Of a stretch of 64,000 nt of DNA, positions 51,933 to 64,000 are shown piece after piece. The translations under genes and the position numbers were made by a program. The notes beneath the pieces are model-generated. The model was not told the origin of the DNA. It searched no databases and was given only the letters and a program-made list of their open reading frames with translations. Positions within the stretch are counted from its first letter, which is position 1. Each line of letters begins with the position of its first letter. The stretch lies in NCBI RefSeq assembly GCF_009914755.1, contig NC_060926.1. One strand, written 5' to 3'. This DNA is from the human T2T-CHM13v2.0 reference genome, Homo sapiens.

Positions 51933-52844
51933 TTTTTATTTACTTTAGATCTTCTTTAATTTTTCATGATATTTTATAGTATTTAGTATGCAGGCTCACG
52001 TGTATTTTGTTAAATTTATTCCTAATATTTTATGCTATTTTAAATGGTACTTTTTCAAAGTTCAATTTCAAATTTTTCCTAGACATAGTCAATAGACAAA
52101 AAATCTTTTTATGTATATTGACTTTATATCTTGAAAAGTGTATTAAAATTGCTTATTAGTTCTCATAGGGTTTTTTTGGTAAACTCATGATTTTCTGCAT
52201 AGACAATCATGTTGTCTACTAATAAAGGCAGATTTACTTCTTCCTTTTCAATCACTCTACTTTTTAATTCAATTTCTTGCCTTATTGCACTGGCTATGAC
52301 CTTCAGTAAAATACTGAATATATATGATCAGAGTGGGCATACTTTACTTGTTCCCAGTTTTGGTGTGAATATATACAGTTTGTCTCCATTGAGAATGGTA
52401 TTAGCTGCAGGATTTTTGAGAAACTCCTCATCAGATGAGGAAGTTCCATTCTATTCCTAGTTTATTGAAAAGTTTTAACCTGAATGGATGTTGAATTTCA
52501 TCAAATATTTGTTTACATCTATGGAAATAGTTCTTTTTTTTCTCTTTATCCTGTTAGTATAATTATCGTGATGGATTTTTGAATGCTAAATGATTTTTGT
52601 ATTCTTGTGTTTCCATTCTACTTGCTCATGGTATTACTAACTTTTTGCATATTGGTAAATTCAACTTGCTAAAATTTTCTTGAGGATTTTTGCATATACG
52701 TTCATGTGTAATGCTGATTTCTTCTAATATCTTTGTCTGGTTTTGCTAATACAGGGTAATGCTGACCTCATACAATGAATTAAGCAGGGAAGACTATTCC
52801 TCTATTTTCTGAAAAAGTTTGTGTAAGATTGGTACTGTTTCTTA

Positions 52845-52922
52845 GGTGTTTGATTGAACTGGCCTATGAATTTAACTAGGCCTGGTGTTTGATTGAACTG
52901 GCCTATGAATTTAACTAGGCCT
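52845..52922. repeat. Perfect 39-bp tandem duplication
   Basis: ggtgtttgattgaactggcctatgaatttaactaggcct x2. Confidence 0.95.
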
Positions 52923-53591
52923 GGAGTTTTCTTCTGGGGAAGGCCTTTGAAGACAAATTCAATTTATTTCATAGATATAGGGCTATTCAGAAATACTGTT
53001 CCATCTTGTGCCAATTTTTTGGAATTTATTTGCAATAGGAAAAATATTTTTGTAAAATTTTATAATACTTACTTCACAGTCAGTATTAAGGTCTACCTTG
53101 GTCAATGTTCTCTATACACATGAGAAGAATGTGTGCTCTGCAGTTGTTGGAGGAAGTGCTCTATAAATGTCAATTAGGGCAAGTTGGTAGCTAGCGTTGT
53201 TCAAGTCTTCTATATCATGGCTGATTTCTTTTGTCTAATTGTTCTATCAATCACTAAGGAGGCTGTTAAAATTTTCTAATATGATTGTTGCTTTAAATAT
53301 TTCTCCTTTTATTTCCATCAGTTTGTGCTTTATATATGTTGAAGCTCTCTTATTAGATGCAAACACAGTAATTGACTGCTGAATTAGCCTTTTAAAAAAT
53401 TTTTTGAAAACTCTTTATCTCTGTCTAACATTCCTTAACAGTTCTTATCCTGTAATTTATTTTGATATTAAAATAGCCACACACCAGCTTTATTATGTTT
53501 ACCATTTGTGTTAGATATTTTTGCATTGTTTTGCTTTCAACACATCTGTGTCTTTATACTTAAAGATGCGTTTTTAAATATAAAAGGGTAT

Positions 53592-53740
53592 GCTGGGCCC
53601 AGTGGCTTATGCCTGTAATCCCAACATTTTGGGAGGCTGAGAAGGGAGAATCATTTGAGACATAGAGTTCGAGACCAGCCTGGGCAATATAGTGAGACCC
53701 CTTCTCTACAAAAAATATTTTCTTATTTAAAAAAAGAAAA
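53592..53740 (+). mobile_element. FLAM/Alu monomer
   Basis: gctgggcccagtggcttatgcctgtaatccc...gcctgggcaatatagtgagacccc. Confidence 0.85.
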
Positions 53741-54429
53741 TGTAGAAGTTTTTGTAGATGTAATATAGTTGGTTTTATTTATTTTTTCTGGTCTAAAAAT
53801 CTCTGCCTTTTTCTTGCAGGTAAAACTATTTATATGTAATGCCATTGCTGATACAGTTGGGTTTAAGTCTACCATCTCCCTATTTGTTTTCTTTGCTTTA
53901 GCTTTATTTTTGGTTTCTCTACTATTTTTCTGCCTTCTTTTATGTTAGTCAAATATTTTTTAGAATTGTATTTTATTTTTCATGCTAGCTCTTTAGCTAT
54001 TCCTCTCTACATTTTTTTAGTAGTTTCTGTAGATTACAATGTACATCTTTAAGTCATCACAGTCTACTGAGCACCACTTCAGGCAAAATGTATAAATCTT
54101 AAAGATATATAATACACTCCCTATCCTTTGTTCCACTATTGTCATGTAAATCCCACAATACAATGTTAATCCCACAATACAATGTTATTATTTTTGCTTT
54201 GAAATTGCTTAAATAAATTTTTTAAAATGAAACAATAAGCATTTATATTCACTCACATTTGCCATTTCCAATGTTTGGTTACTTTCCATAGACCTTAGTT
54301 TTTATTTGATACTATTTTCCTTTAACCTAAATTTAATATTTCACTTAAAGAATGTTTTTTGGTAATGAACTATCTTGGCTTTTATTTATTTCATTTTTAT
54401 TTTTGAAGAATATTTTTCTTCAATATAAA

Positions 54430-54743
54430 AACCCACACCCAAAGACACTACAAGAAAGCTACACACCAATATCCCTAGTTAACACTGATGCAAAAATCTC
54501 AGCAAAATTCTAGGAAAACAAATTCAGCAGCAGTGTATTGAAAGGATTATATACCATGACCAGTGGAATTTATTCCTGGAATGCAAGGATGATTCGATAC
54601 ATAAAAATCAATCAATGCAATACATTACATGAACAGAATGAAGAAAAAGAAAACACATGATTATTTTAATTGCTGTAGAAAAAGCATTTGACAAAATTCA
54701 ATATCATTTCATGATTTGAAAAAAAACAAAAAAAAACCCACTA
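54430..54743 (+). mobile_element. Old L1M ORF2 internal fragment (second layer), continues 61183-61798
   Basis: ccaatatccctagttaacactgatgcaaaaatc...gaaaaagcatttgacaaaattcaa. Confidence 0.75.
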
Positions 54744-55061
54744 TCCTGGATCAGTGGCTCACACCGGTAATACCAACACTTTGGGAGGCCAAGGCGAGTG
54801 GATCATTTGAGCCTGAGAGTTTGAGACCAGCCTGGGCAACATGGCAAAATTTATCTCTACCAAAAATAAAAAGAAAAGAAAGAAAGAAATAGCAATACAT
54901 GATAGCATGTGCCTTTAGTCTCAGCTACTCAGGATGTTGAGGTGGGAGGATCGATTGAGCCTGGAAGGTCAAGAATGTAGTGAGCTGCGATCACAACATT
55001 GCACTCCAGCCTAAACACAGTGAGACCCTGTCCAAAAAAAAAAAAAAAAAACAACAACAGC
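54744..55061 (+). mobile_element. AluJ
   Basis: Dimer with gaggtgggaggatcgattgagcctgg...gtgagaccctgtcc and poly(A). Confidence 0.88.
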
Positions 55062-55076
55062 AAAAAACACTGAACA

Positions 55077-61166
<6,090 letters not shown>

Positions 61167-61182
61167 AAAAAACACTAAACAG

Positions 61183-61798
61183 ACTAGTAATAGAATATAA
61201 CCACCTCAACATAATAAGTCATATATGAAAAACTGAGATAGCATTATACTAAATAGTGAAAGGCTGAAAGCTTTTTCCCTAAGATCACAAGACAAGGATG
61301 CCTACTTTCACCACTTCTATTCAACATAGTACTGGAAGTTCTAGCCATATTAGCTGGGACTCCACACACACACATGCACACAGACACACACACATAACTG
61401 TTAGAGCTAATACATTTAGCAAAGTAGCAGGATACAATAATCAGCATGCAAAAATTAGTTTCATTCTTATACGCTAATGAAGAACAATCCAAAAAGGAAG
61501 TCAAGAAAATAGTTACATTTACAATTGCATCAAAAAGAATAAAATACCAATGCATTAACTTACCAATGAGGCAAATGTCTTGTACACTGAAAACTACAAA
61601 GCATGCTAAAAGGAATTAAAGAATAGTTCAATAAAAAGGCATCACATGTTAATGGATTGAAAGGCTTAAAATTGTTAAAATGACAATACTACCCAAAGCC
61701 ATCTACAGATTCTAAGCAATCTTTATCAAAATCCCAATGACGTTGTGTGCAGAAATATAAAAGTTCATTCTAAAATTTGTATGACATCACAAGAATCT
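61183..61798 (+). mobile_element. Old L1M ORF2 fragment (continuation of 54430-54743), ends without a 3'UTR
   Basis: acaagacaaggatgcctactttcaccacttctattcaacatagtactggaagttctagcc...ctacccaaagccatctacagattc. Confidence 0.75.
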
Positions 61799-61846
61799 CC
61801 AATTCTGCGAAGAAAGTCATTGGAAGTCAATGCCTGCTTCCTTCTA

Positions 61847-63200
<1,354 letters not shown>

Positions 63201-63569
63201 GAAGTAGAAGTCTGGGAAATACATTTGAAAATGAAAAGGAAAAGAGAAAGAACAGGGCTACAAGGCTACAGTTAAAACATTGTTTGGGGCCTTTGTGGAA
63301 ATTAGAAAAAAGTTCTTCCCTGCATGATTGGAATACAAATGGGCTCCTCTTCTGGGCACAGAAATTAACAATACATTTCTTTTTCTTAGGACTAACTCCC
63401 CATAAGGGTTGACACAGGGATATTTCTGCCTCCTTTGAGACAATGAGACATGTCTTATAAGCAAGGCTTTCATGGTCTCAGCCACTTCACATTCAAGCTT
63501 CCCAATTTTATGGTAAAAGGTGTCCTCACTTCTGAAGACAATATTATGACATGATTTTACCTCATTATG

Positions 63570-63795
63570 GAAAGAACACAGGCCTTAGAGACTGAATAAA
63601 TGGGTTCCTTGCTCTACCACTCACTAGCTGCGTGGTCTTGCATAAGTTATTTAACCTCCCCCAGCCCCAGCTTTATATTTGCAAAGTTGGGGATTAATGA
63701 TGCCTACTTCTCAGGGTCTTTATGAGGATTACACAAGACATTGTGAAAAGGCACTTGGCACCATGTCAAGCACGCATAAATGTTCCATAAATGCT
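63570..63795 (+). mobile_element. MIR
   Basis: gctctaccactcactagctgcgtggtcttgcataagttatttaacctc...aaaggcacttggcaccatgtc. Confidence 0.8.
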
Positions 63796-64000
63796 CTCTG
63801 GTTCTTGATAGTAGAATTAGTTGCAGCTAGTTTAAAAGAAGTGAGGACTTGGGTGATACCATGCACCCTCCTCACCTCAGACTCACAGGGACAAACTTTA
63901 GATAAAGAAGTATCAATGCTTCCCCTGTCCTTCCTCCAGAGGGCAGGCCTTCAAGTTATCAGATGACCAAACAGGGTCTGCAAAAATCCATCTGATACGG

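Overview
Primate (very probably human) genomic DNA from a repeat-rich, apparently gene-free stretch. I find no intact protein-coding gene, RNA gene or CRISPR array. The ORF track is explained by L1 ORF1/ORF2 remnants, Alu/microsatellite translations and chance ORFs. Main contents: a full-length L1PB (-, ~3690-10458) nested in an older L1MA; a solo MER11 LTR (13779-14885) nested in an MLT1; a full-length L1PA4/5-like element (+, 55077-61166) at the centre of a four-layer nest; and many Alu, MIR, L2, L3/CR1, MaLR/ERVL LTR and hAT relics. The less obvious signals are: (1) a full-length, intronless, very decayed YBX1 retrocopy (-, ~15143-16388); (2) several short segments copied from 0.8-2.4 kb away and inserted into microsatellites or repeats (4067-4197 inverted at 129/131 identity; 25129-25292; 32455-32518; a complex junction at 61799-62090); (3) an L1PA6-like stub with a short 3' transduction; (4) repeat-free, TAAT-rich candidate enhancer blocks. 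I found no convincing new biological system; the best candidates are repair scars and a possibly unannotated ancient retrocopy. Repeat subfamily names come from recalled consensus sequences, not database searches, and boundaries of old repeats are approximate.
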